IMG/VR virus record: IMGVR_UViG_3300049828_000123
Location: 1 to 35,264 of that record
Reading direction: 5' to 3' (one strand)
DNA: 35,264 bases
DNA from: a virus
Lineage: Duplodnaviria > Caudoviricetes
The translations under genes were made by a program, and so were the position numbers. This document shows positions 1 through 7,198 of the stretch, piece by piece. How positions within the stretch are numbered: position 1 is the stretch's first letter; the number at the start of each line of letters is the position of its first letter. A model generated the notes under the pieces. That model was not told where the DNA came from, did no database searches, and saw only the letters and a program-made list of their open reading frames with translations.

Positions 1-1
1 C

Positions 2-1108
2 TTTAATATAGAATATGACAATGAACCATATTATTATGAAGTTAAAAAACTTTTGGGACTGCTTGAGTCCGCTGTTTGTATCATTGGTTTTAACCTTAAA
101 TTTGATCTTCATTGGCTTCGCCATATTCTTCCTGCCTATCGTCCTCCTCGTATTTGGGACTGTCAACTTTTTGAGTTTATTCGATCTAATCAAAATAATT
201 CGTATCCTTCCCTAGATGAATCTTGTCTATCTTACAATATTGCCGGTAAGTTCGGTGATATCTCTACCCAGTATTGGGAAAAGGGAATCGATACCACTGA
301 GATTCCCGAATCAGAACTTCGGGATTATCTCCGGAACGATCTACTCATTACGGCAGCATTGTTCCAGCACCAATACGAACAGTTCACAGGAAAACGACGG
401 ACTCTCTTTCTACTCCATTGCAAAGACGAGCTAGTACTACAGGAGATGGAATACAATGGACTCAAATACAACACAACTGAATCTCTTCGGTTGGGAGGAA
501 ACGTCCACACCGAACGAGAACAAATCCTCACCGAACTCAACGGTCTATCGGGAACCGATTCCATTAACTGGAACTCCTCCGATCATCTCTCCGCTTTCCT
601 ATTCGGAGGTTTTATCAAGCTTGATGGGACAGAGATCGCCGAGAGAGTTCTCAAATCAGGCGCAGTCAAGAAGTATGAACGAAAGTGCATCATCCGAAAG
701 GAGTTCACTCCAAGGCTCAGTCCTGCCAATGTCCCAGAGACAAAGCCAACCTCCGAGTATACAGATGCAGACCTTGCAATCATTAATGAGGATCGTATCC
801 GAAAGGGCTTACAACCCTTCTGTCGTATCTACTCGGTTTCCGAGGATGTCCTCCGATCTCTTCGAACCCGGGATCGTACCACCAAGAGGATCATCGAGCT
901 TGTTCTGAAGTTGTCACAACTAAAAAAGCTGGAGACTACCTACTACTATGGTATTCCAGCACTGATTAAAGAAATGCACTGGCCTAAGGATACTATTCAT
1001 GGAACAATCAACCAATGTCGAGTCATCACAGGAAGAACCTCCAGTAGCAAGCCTAACTTACAGAACTTCGATGGAAGTCTGAAGCATCTATTCTATTCTA
1101 GGTATTGA
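2..1108 (+). CDS. DNA polymerase family A, N-terminal part (3'-5' exonuclease, thumb, start of palm); 5'-truncated by the window edge
   Basis: The frame is open from position 2 (FNIEYDNEPY...). It contains ExoII GFNLKFDLHWL, ExoIII YLRNDLLIT and the PolA motifs EMEYNGL, NWNSSDHL and TGRTSSSKPNLQN. It ends FYSRY-TGA just before motif A. Confidence 0.93.
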   Translation, partial: FNIEYDNEPYYYEVKKLLGLLESAVCIIGFNLKFDLHWLRHILPAYRPPRIWDCQLFEFIRSNQNNSYPSLDESCLSYNIAGKFGDISTQYWEKGIDTTEIPESELRDYLRNDLLITAALFQHQYEQFTGKRRTLFLLHCKDELVLQEMEYNGLKYNTTESLRLGGNVHTEREQILTELNGLSGTDSINWNSSDHLSAFLFGGFIKLDGTEIAERVLKSGAVKKYERKCIIRKEFTPRLSPANVPETKPTSEYTDADLAIINEDRIRKGLQPFCRIYSVSEDVLRSLRTRDRTTKRIIELVLKLSQLKKLETTYYYGIPALIKEMHWPKDTIHGTINQCRVITGRTSSSKPNLQNFDGSLKHLFYSRY

Positions 1109-1109
1109 T

Positions 1110-1520
1110 ATGGAAAGTAATTACTGGAAGTATTATGAAACTAATCAAAGATATAAAGAAAAGAATAAAGAGAAAGTAAAACAATGGGCTAAAGATTGGC
1201 ATCATAAAACAAAACTGTTGCCTGAACATCACCGAAAGCGCCTTTTAAAGTACGCAAAAGCACGAGCAACTAAACATTCAATTGAGTTTTCTTTAACTCT
1301 TGAAGATATTAATATACCCGAAAGATGTCCTATTCTAAATGTTGTCTTTGACAACGATAGATATAGTGCATCTCTGGATCGTAAAGATCCAACCAAAGGT
1401 TATACTTCAGATAACGTTTGGGTTATTTCTCATCGGGCAAATGCAATGAAGTGGGACTCCACAAAAGAAGAGAGGCTCGCATTTGCCAATTGGGTATTGT
1501 CTGAAGAAGGAGGTAAGTGA
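1110..1520 (+). CDS. Free-standing HNH/His-Me finger homing endonuclease between the two polymerase halves
   Basis: IPERCPIL...SLDRKDPTKGYTSDNVWVISHRANAMK is typical of phage His-Me finger endonucleases. The N-terminus is basic and the DNA is AT-rich (17/60 GC at 1141-1200). Confidence 0.85.
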   Translation: MESNYWKYYETNQRYKEKNKEKVKQWAKDWHHKTKLLPEHHRKRLLKYAKARATKHSIEFSLTLEDINIPERCPILNVVFDNDRYSASLDRKDPTKGYTSDNVWVISHRANAMKWDSTKEERLAFANWVLSEEGGK

Positions 1521-1557
1521 GCCTTGTTAATCAACTTAGATGCCAAGGCACTTCCTT
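1507..1557 (+). promoter_or_regulatory. Predicted hairpin sequestering the SD (GGAGG 1509-1513) and TTG start (1524) of the polymerase C-terminal ORF
   Basis: GCCTTG(1521-1526) pairs with CAAGGC(1544-1549), and AAGT(1515-1518) with ACTT(1550-1553). GAGG(1510-1513) pairs with CCTT(1554-1557); alternatively AAGGAGG(1507-1513) pairs with CTTCCTT(1551-1557). Paired by eye, not folded computationally. Confidence 0.5.
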
Positions 1558-2241
1558 GAATGGATTTGTGCAACGTATCTATCCCAAGACGAAGTAGCAA
1601 TTAAAGAACAAGAGGATGGTATAGATGTTCACTCCGATAACCAGAAAAGATTTGGATTACCTTCTAGACTTACAGCAAAGACTTATCTCTTTAGGCTCAT
1701 ATACGGCGGATCAGCGTATAGCTATTCTGCTGACCCAGACTTTACTGACGTTTCTACTTCTGAAAAGTACTGGCAACGGATCATCGACGCCACCTACGAT
1801 AAGTACCGAGGACTCGGACGGTGGCATGAGAGCCTGATGAATGAAGTAGTAATGACTGGTCGTATTGAAATGGTGACTGGTCGTGTATATAATTACGTGG
1901 CAAAGACGAACAAGCGAGGCGAGAAAGTCTGGCCTCGTACTCAGATCCTGAACTATCCGGTTCAGGGTTTAGGTGCAGATGTGATGGCTATTATTCGCGT
2001 ATTGCTCAAGCGGATGCTTGATGTGCGAACGCTGAAAACGAAGCTACTCTGCACAGTGCATGATTCTGTACTCCTTGATGCCCCAGACGATGAGGTTGAC
2101 GAGGTAGTCAGGTTATGCTATAAGTCATTCGAAGCCTTCCCGAAACAATGGGAAAGGATGTTCGAATGCAAATGGAACGTACCTCTAAAAGTTGAGGTAC
2201 AAATTGGCCCCACATGGGGCGAAATGAAAGAGGTGAACTAA
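1524..2241 (+). CDS. DNA polymerase family A, C-terminal part (motifs A, B, C), with a frame discontinuity at 1551-1557
   Basis: TTG1524 gives LLINLDAKAL(P*) with the motif A Asp. The +1 frame continues LEWICATYLSQD, motif B RLTAKTYLFRLIYGG, NYPVQGLGAD and motif C TVHDS. The track ORF 1540..2241 lacks the motif A Asp. Confidence 0.88.
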
Positions 2242-2819
2242 TGGGTGTTATTAATATTGTCTCCGTGGGTCCTGCCGAAGTCAAGCAAAGCAAGACGGGT
2301 AAGAGTTATTCCCAAGTGGAAGTCTTCTACAAGGATGAGGACGGCAAGCCTCGTTCGAAGAAGATTATGTCCTTCTCTAGGGATATCTATCCGACTGTTA
2401 GCAAGGCTTCTCCCGGAGAGGCGTACTCCGTTACGTCCGAAAAGAAGGGAGACTTCTGGGAATGGACCTCAATTAATAAGGCAAACGGATCGTCAGCAGC
2501 GTCTGCGACTCCGTCCCTTTTGGACCCCGGCCAACGGGTAGTCCAACGTAGCTTCCCCACTTCTGACCACAAGGACGCGCAAATCGCCCGTGCCGTGGCT
2601 CTGAAGGGCGCTATCGAGTATCTGGCTACCTGTGCCTCAGGTAAGGCTGACAAGAGCCTACAGGCCGTTCTAGATACCGCAGCGTCGATGGAGGTATATT
2701 TGATGCAAGGTGCCGAAGGCGTAGCGAAGGCGGCCCTAGCCGCCGAAGCGAAGCAAGCCAAGGTAGGAGTTGTAGCCGCAGGAGATGGAGATTTTGATGA
2801 CGACATCCCGTTCGAATGA
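2241..2819 (+). CDS. Single-stranded DNA-binding protein
   Basis: The ATG overlaps the polymerase stop (TAATG) and has a GAGGTG SD. The N-terminus is beta-rich and OB-like, the C-terminal tail is acidic (DGDFDDDIPFE), and it sits in the replication module. Confidence 0.75.
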   Translation: MGVINIVSVGPAEVKQSKTGKSYSQVEVFYKDEDGKPRSKKIMSFSRDIYPTVSKASPGEAYSVTSEKKGDFWEWTSINKANGSSAASATPSLLDPGQRVVQRSFPTSDHKDAQIARAVALKGAIEYLATCASGKADKSLQAVLDTAASMEVYLMQGAEGVAKAALAAEAKQAKVGVVAAGDGDFDDDIPFE

Positions 2820-3003
2820 AACAAAACCCTTAAAGACCCGGGTTTGGTATATTATCTGGGACCCCTTTAATGACTGGTGGGATATTAAGAATAGTAAAAG
2901 TGACATTCTTCCGGGAGAATATTATTATGAACTGGAACTTCCACTAATGAAGGAGGTCCTACCCAAGCCAATTAACCTTGGAAGGATTAAGGTAGCTCCA
3001 TGA
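2797..3003 (+). CDS. Hypothetical protein
   Basis: GGAG lies upstream of ATG2797. The ORF fills the gap between SSB and exonuclease and has an ATGA overlap with the next gene. Confidence 0.55.
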   Translation: MTTSRSNETKPLKTRVWYIIWDPFNDWWDIKNSKSDILPGEYYYELELPLMKEVLPKPINLGRIKVAP

Positions 3004-3734
3004 CCCTTGCGCTAATCGATGCCGACATTCTTGTCTACCGTGTAGGCTTTGCCTCGGAGGATCAGCCGAGCGGCATCGCATTGGCGCGACTTCGGGAAAC
3101 TTTTGGTGGCATCCTCAGGTCTCTGGACCTACAAGATTACGTTGCTTATCTCACGAGTACCGATCACTCTAATTTTCGGTATAAAATATACCCAGAATAC
3201 AAGGCCAACCGGAAACAACCAAAGCCTATCCATTATGACCTGTTACGTGCAGCACTGGAGGAGGACTACGGAGCTAAAGTTGTTTATGGGTATGAAGCAG
3301 ATGATGCAATTGGAATCCATAACTTCCAAAGACAGGGGGATGCCATCGTTGTTTCTATCGACAAGGACCTCAAGCAGCTACCCGGCAAGCACTATAACTT
3401 TGTCAAGGGTATCCTCTTTAATGTAACCCCGGAAGAGGGCCTGAAATATTTCTACAACCAGTTGCTAATGGGCGACAGAACTGATAATATCCCGGGACTC
3501 ACTGGAATCGGTGAGAAGAAAGCCGCCGCTGCGCTAGCCCGGGCTGGTGTTGAAGAACATATGTTTAAGATAGCTACGGAGATGTATAAGAAAGAGTTCC
3601 CGGATACGTGGGAATCCGAGATGCTCCGCAATGGACGGTTACTGAAGATCCTGCAAAAGGATGATGAACTTTGGGATTTCCCCGACGTAGACGCAACCCA
3701 AACAGAAAGATCAGCAACAAACGATCCGGACTAG
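3000..3734 (+). CDS. 5'-3' exonuclease / RNase H (T7 gp6-like PIN/FEN family)
   Basis: Motifs LIDADILVY, YKANR, EADDAIG, DKDLKQLPG and GDRTDNIPGLTGIGEKKA (H3TH). Confidence 0.93.
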   Translation: MTLALIDADILVYRVGFASEDQPSGIALARLRETFGGILRSLDLQDYVAYLTSTDHSNFRYKIYPEYKANRKQPKPIHYDLLRAALEEDYGAKVVYGYEADDAIGIHNFQRQGDAIVVSIDKDLKQLPGKHYNFVKGILFNVTPEEGLKYFYNQLLMGDRTDNIPGLTGIGEKKAAAALARAGVEEHMFKIATEMYKKEFPDTWESEMLRNGRLLKILQKDDELWDFPDVDATQTERSATNDPD

Positions 3735-4231
3735 AGGTAGCATTTGAGGAACTTCTTATCTCTCTGGATCTTCCTCATGATTACGAGAAGGTAACTCTTA
3801 AATATAAACAGCCAGAGACCTTACGTAATTACAAGGCAGACTTCACCCTGAAAGAAGAAAAATACGATCACGTCATTCTGGAAACCAAAGGAAGGTTCAC
3901 GTCTGACGACAGGAAGAAGATGCTGCTGCTCAAGGAACAATATCCAGACAGGCTGTTCATCATGGTGTTCAGTAGACCAAGGAACACTCTCTCCAAGAAA
4001 AGCAATACAACCTACGGAGAATGGTGTGATAAGTTCGGCCTGACATGGTTAGCTCTTGATGATATAAAGGAAGATCCACAATGCCTATTGTCTTTAATCC
4101 AAAGAAAAAGGACTGGGAGTTCAACCCAGAAACCCAAGCAGAAGTCGACGCTTTCTTCCAAATCGGTAAAGTCGTCGTTATGCAAAAGCTCACGGAAAAA
4201 TTCGCGGCCGAGTCGTTTGACGAATGGCTGA
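3671..4231 (+). CDS. Endonuclease I-like Holliday junction resolvase (T7 gp3-like)
   Basis: Motifs RSGLE, Y-x-x-DF, ILETKGRF, DRKKM and TTYGEWCDK. The TTG start is uncertain, and the S/K-rich tail overlaps the next ORF. Confidence 0.88.
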   Translation: MGFPRRRRNPNRKISNKRSGLEVAFEELLISLDLPHDYEKVTLKYKQPETLRNYKADFTLKEEKYDHVILETKGRFTSDDRKKMLLLKEQYPDRLFIMVFSRPRNTLSKKSNTTYGEWCDKFGLTWLALDDIKEDPQCLLSLIQRKRTGSSTQKPKQKSTLSSKSVKSSLCKSSRKNSRPSRLTNG

Positions 4232-4263
4232 AGATTTCTAAAAAGAAAATGTTCGAAGCCTAA
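4081..4263 (+). CDS. Hypothetical 60-aa protein overlapping the endonuclease I tail
   Basis: AAGGA SD upstream and a globular-looking composition. Its stop lies 1 nt before the next ATG (4265). Confidence 0.6.
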   Translation: MPIVFNPKKKDWEFNPETQAEVDAFFQIGKVVVMQKLTEKFAAESFDEWLKISKKKMFEA

Positions 4264-4264
4264 T

Positions 4265-4723
4265 ATGAAAATTCTATTGTTAGATATTGCTTGGTTAGCT
4301 GGAATCCTCGAAGGAGAAGGGTGTTTCCAAACTAGAAAATCAGGAGGGTATAAAGGAACTCCTTGTATTAGTTTACAAATGACTGACAAAGATACTGTAG
4401 AAAAAGTATCTAAACTTTGGGATGCTAAATTGTATGGACCGTATGGACCTTATGGAAAATCAAAGTTACAAACATGGCAAGTAAACATCTTTGGTAAACA
4501 AGCCGCTGAATGGATGATGACTATCTATACTTTAATGGGACAACGAAGACAAGAAAAGATCAAATCTATTTTAGCAATATGGAAAACACAACCCGTAATG
4601 AAGTCAGGTAGAATGGCATTGTGTCATCCAGATAAACCCCGCCATGCAAAAGACAAATGCATGGTTTGTTATAATAAGGAATATCATGCGAATTTTGCTT
4701 TTGGACATAGAGACAGCCCCTAA
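4265..4723 (+). CDS. Single-motif LAGLIDADG homing endonuclease with a C-terminal Cys/His module
   Basis: LAGLIDADG helix DIAWLAGILEGEGCF, followed by ISLQMTDKD and MGQRRQEKI, with a C-terminal CHPDKPRHAKDKCMVCY. The DNA is AT-rich. Confidence 0.87.
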   Translation: MKILLLDIAWLAGILEGEGCFQTRKSGGYKGTPCISLQMTDKDTVEKVSKLWDAKLYGPYGPYGKSKLQTWQVNIFGKQAAEWMMTIYTLMGQRRQEKIKSILAIWKTQPVMKSGRMALCHPDKPRHAKDKCMVCYNKEYHANFAFGHRDSP

Positions 4724-5429
4724 CACAGCGTTTGTCTGGGGTCTGTTCAAACAGAACGTGGCTATTAATCAGATCAAGCAGACTAGTTATGTACTTTGTT
4801 GGTCAGCTAAGTGGCTTGGAGAAAAAGACATCTTCTTCTCTTCTGTAGACAAGGACTACGAAGAAGACATGCTCAAGGGTATCCATGAGCTTCTAGATCA
4901 AGCAGATGTTGTCGTTCACTTCAACGGAACTTCTTTTGATATTCCGACTCTGAATAGGGAGTTTGTACTTAATGGTCTTCCTCCTCCTGCTCCATACAAG
5001 CAAGTGGATCTACTGAAGGTAGCCAAGGACAAGTTCCGATTCACTTCCAATAAGCTAGACTTTATTGCTCAACAGTTCAAGCTCGGGAAGAAACACAACA
5101 CTACCTTCGATCTCTGGGTTGGTTGCATGGATGGAGACAGTAAGTCGTGGGAAATCATGGAAGAGTATAACAAGAACGACGTAGTTCTTCTTGAGCGTCT
5201 CTACCAACGCTTCCTCCCATGGATCAGCAAGCATCCCAACATGGCTATCTATACCAATGCTAGGGTGTGTTGTCCCAACTGTGGTAGCATGGAGCACCAG
5301 AGGCGTGGCTTCCACTACACCACAGTAGGTAGGTATCAGCGCTACGCTTGCAAGAAGTGTGGCAACTGGTTCAGGGATGGAACTAATAGGGTACCCATGC
5401 AAAAGGAGGTAATGAGGAATGTTGCCTAG
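4686..5429 (+). CDS. DnaQ-like/RNase_H_2 3'-5' exonuclease with a C-terminal zinc ribbon
   Basis: AAGGA SD before ATG4686. Motifs LDIET, HFNGTSFDIP and YNKNDV (DEDDy type), plus CPNCGS...CKKCG. Confidence 0.9.
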   Translation: MRILLLDIETAPNTAFVWGLFKQNVAINQIKQTSYVLCWSAKWLGEKDIFFSSVDKDYEEDMLKGIHELLDQADVVVHFNGTSFDIPTLNREFVLNGLPPPAPYKQVDLLKVAKDKFRFTSNKLDFIAQQFKLGKKHNTTFDLWVGCMDGDSKSWEIMEEYNKNDVVLLERLYQRFLPWISKHPNMAIYTNARVCCPNCGSMEHQRRGFHYTTVGRYQRYACKKCGNWFRDGTNRVPMQKEVMRNVA

Positions 5430-5646
5430 GGAACAACGAGCCGCACTGTTAAGTAGTAAAGAGTATATGGGACTATGGCGAAGAGGTGTACTAGATAGAG
5501 TTGTAAGTGCCCAGAAAGCACTTAACAATTTTTTAGCTTATGGTTATGATCCCGGATACTTACAGTCGGCCTGTGAGGAATTGTATAAAGCAAGAGTAGC
5601 TTTTAATAAAAGCGAGGAAAAGGAAAATGCGAACTCCCAAGTGTAA
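5419..5646 (+). CDS. Hypothetical protein
   Basis: Strong AGGAGGT SD upstream; overlaps both neighbouring genes. Confidence 0.65.
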   Translation: MLPREQRAALLSSKEYMGLWRRGVLDRVVSAQKALNNFLAYGYDPGYLQSACEELYKARVAFNKSEEKENANSQV

Positions 5647-5830
5647 CGTGGCAGATGTCGAAACAATCAAGGCCGAGATCGAACAAGTCGGAGCCTTGCA
5701 AACGGCGCGGAAGTGCAATACTTCTTATACAACAATTCTAAAAATCAAGAAGGGAACCTATGTCGCCCGAACAGACAACCGAAGTGGACTCCAATGGATT
5801 CCAGAAGAGGCCACCCAACCCGCCCCCTAA
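5627..5830 (+). CDS. Small putative helix-turn-helix protein
   Basis: GAGG/AAGGA SD. ALQTARKCNTSYTTILKIKKG resembles an HTH recognition element. Confidence 0.5.
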   Translation: MRTPKCNVADVETIKAEIEQVGALQTARKCNTSYTTILKIKKGTYVARTDNRSGLQWIPEEATQPAP

Positions 5831-6074
5831 GGGCGGGTGGTGGTGGCAAGTCTTTCACGAGCGGGACGGATGGGCTAGTACTACTAAACCCCAACGTCTC
5901 GCAGCTTTTCTAGTAATTACTATTCTTGTCCTTTTTTTTGCTTATAAGGAAAAGATCCCAGATGGCTTTGCAGAAATGGCAGGCATCTATCTAGCCTACG
6001 CAGTAGGTGCTCGTTGGGCATCTCAGGCTAGCTTCAAGAAGGAGGGTGGAAATGTGGATGGGACTGGCTCTTAA
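5760..6074 (+). CDS. Putative holin (two transmembrane segments)
   Basis: Hydrophobic LAAFLVITILVLFFAY and MAGIYLAYAVGA segments with a charged C-terminus, directly upstream of the spanins. Confidence 0.65.
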   Translation: MSPEQTTEVDSNGFQKRPPNPPPKGGWWWQVFHERDGWASTTKPQRLAAFLVITILVLFFAYKEKIPDGFAEMAGIYLAYAVGARWASQASFKKEGGNVDGTGS

Positions 6075-6651
6075 GTTTCTCAAAGACAACTGGCTATGGT
6101 TTGTAGCTGCCCTGTGTATCTTCGGAGCCTTGTCTATCACCTTCTACTCCGGTTACAAGGTAGGAGATGCTGGTCGTATCAAGGTTCAGGCAGAGTACGA
6201 TCAGTATAAGTATGATCAGGAACAGAGGTTCTCTCGTCTTCGGACAGGACTGATCCGGGATGCTACCATTGCCAATCAGCAACTCAAGCAACAAGAACGG
6301 GAAAGGGAAGAGAATGACAAAGTCAACAAGCAAAAACTGGCAAAGATCCAAAAGGAACTTAATCGTATTAAGCTCGATGCTGCTTTTATCGAGTTGCTCA
6401 ACGACAGTGCCAACAGGAAATCCCCTCCCAAGCCCGACCAGCGAAGTGATGGCCCCGGGAATGAAGACACCCAAGCCAGTACTGATGGTGGGGGAAATTC
6501 CGGGCAAGGAGTCAAAGCCCGAGAGTTCACTCTCTACGATCTTGGAGAAACTGTTCTAGAGAACAACAAGAATCATCAGGACTGCATCGATCAAGTAGTC
6601 TGGTGGCAAGAGTTCTACAAGAAGATGTACCAGCAATTCGAAGGAAAATAA
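6052..6651 (+). CDS. Inner-membrane spanin (Rz-like)
   Basis: GGAGG SD, an N-terminal TM segment (WLWFVAALCIFGALSITFY), a coiled coil and a C-terminal ETVLENN..H..C..Q..WWQ helix. A lipoprotein ORF is embedded in it. Confidence 0.8.
   Translation: MWMGLALKFLKDNWLWFVAALCIFGALSITFYSGYKVGDAGRIKVQAEYDQYKYDQEQRFSRLRTGLIRDATIANQQLKQQEREREENDKVNKQKLAKIQKELNRIKLDAAFIELLNDSANRKSPPKPDQRSDGPGNEDTQASTDGGGNSGQGVKAREFTLYDLGETVLENNKNHQDCIDQVVWWQEFYKKMYQQFEGK
6314..6559 (+). CDS. Outer-membrane spanin lipoprotein (Rz1-like), embedded in the +1 frame of Rz
   Basis: Basic N-region, hydrophobic LIVLSSMLLL, lipobox LSSC and a Pro-rich mature part (PTGNPLPSP...TPKP). Confidence 0.78.
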   Translation: MTKSTSKNWQRSKRNLIVLSSMLLLSSCSTTVPTGNPLPSPTSEVMAPGMKTPKPVLMVGEIPGKESKPESSLSTILEKLF

Positions 6652-6653
6652 TA

Positions 6654-6875
6654 ATGACATATCCGTTGGACAAGCTTCTTGCCTACCTGAAGACTGTCGA
6701 CGAGGTCCAGATTCTTGAACTTCTGGACCTCTCGACGGAGGACATACTCACTCGGTTTCATGATCGTGTGTCTTCTCGCAGGCAGTATCTAGAGAAAGAA
6801 TTGGAGGTCCTCTATGAAGAGGATGTTGAGGGCCTTATGGAAGAATGGGATGGAGAAAGAGAGGATTGGGAATGA
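6654..6875 (+). CDS. Small acidic hypothetical protein
   Basis: AAGGA SD, a helical DEVQILELLDLSTEDIL segment and an ATGA overlap with the next gene. Confidence 0.75.
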   Translation: MTYPLDKLLAYLKTVDEVQILELLDLSTEDILTRFHDRVSSRRQYLEKELEVLYEEDVEGLMEEWDGEREDWE

Positions 6876-7198
6876 CTTCAGCGGCTAACGCCAAACAGAT
6901 AGGTGGACAGCACTACAAGACAAATGCGATTCAGCCTTGGGACTATATTCTAAGTAATAACCTTGGGTATCTTGAAGGTACAGCAATCAAGTATATCACT
7001 CGTTGGAAGAGTAAGAATGGTGTCGAAGATATTAAGAAAGCTATTCACTTTTTGGAGAAACTCATTGAACATTACTACGAACAGGAACAAGCCGTTCAGG
7101 TGGCCGTGGATAAGGGTGTATCCGATTCAGGGGATGTTGATTGGGCTGGAATGGGATTGGGACCTAAAGTGGTTCTCGGTAAACCTTTTGGTTCTTAA
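6872..7198 (+). CDS. DUF3310 / SaV-like protein (family related to T7 gp1.7 nucleotide kinase)
   Basis: QIGGQHY...IQPWDYI...GTAIKYITRWKSKNGVEDIKKAIHFLEKL. Confidence 0.88.
   Translation: MTSAANAKQIGGQHYKTNAIQPWDYILSNNLGYLEGTAIKYITRWKSKNGVEDIKKAIHFLEKLIEHYYEQEQAVQVAVDKGVSDSGDVDWAGMGLGPKVVLGKPFGS

Noticed and set aside
1109-1523. Group I intron or intein in the polymerase
   Set aside because: The HNH ORF occupies essentially the whole interval, there are stops on both sides, and no intron core or intein termini are visible. A covariance search is still advisable.
1540-1557. ATG1540 as the true start of the polymerase C-terminal part
   Set aside because: It gives MPRHFLEW without the catalytic Asp and has no suitably spaced SD. 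Motif A is encoded in the TTG1524 frame.
5932-5939. T8 run in the holin-like gene as a slippage or phase-variation site
   Set aside because: It encodes Leu-Phe-Phe in a TM segment, the frame is intact, and no useful alternative-frame product is evident.
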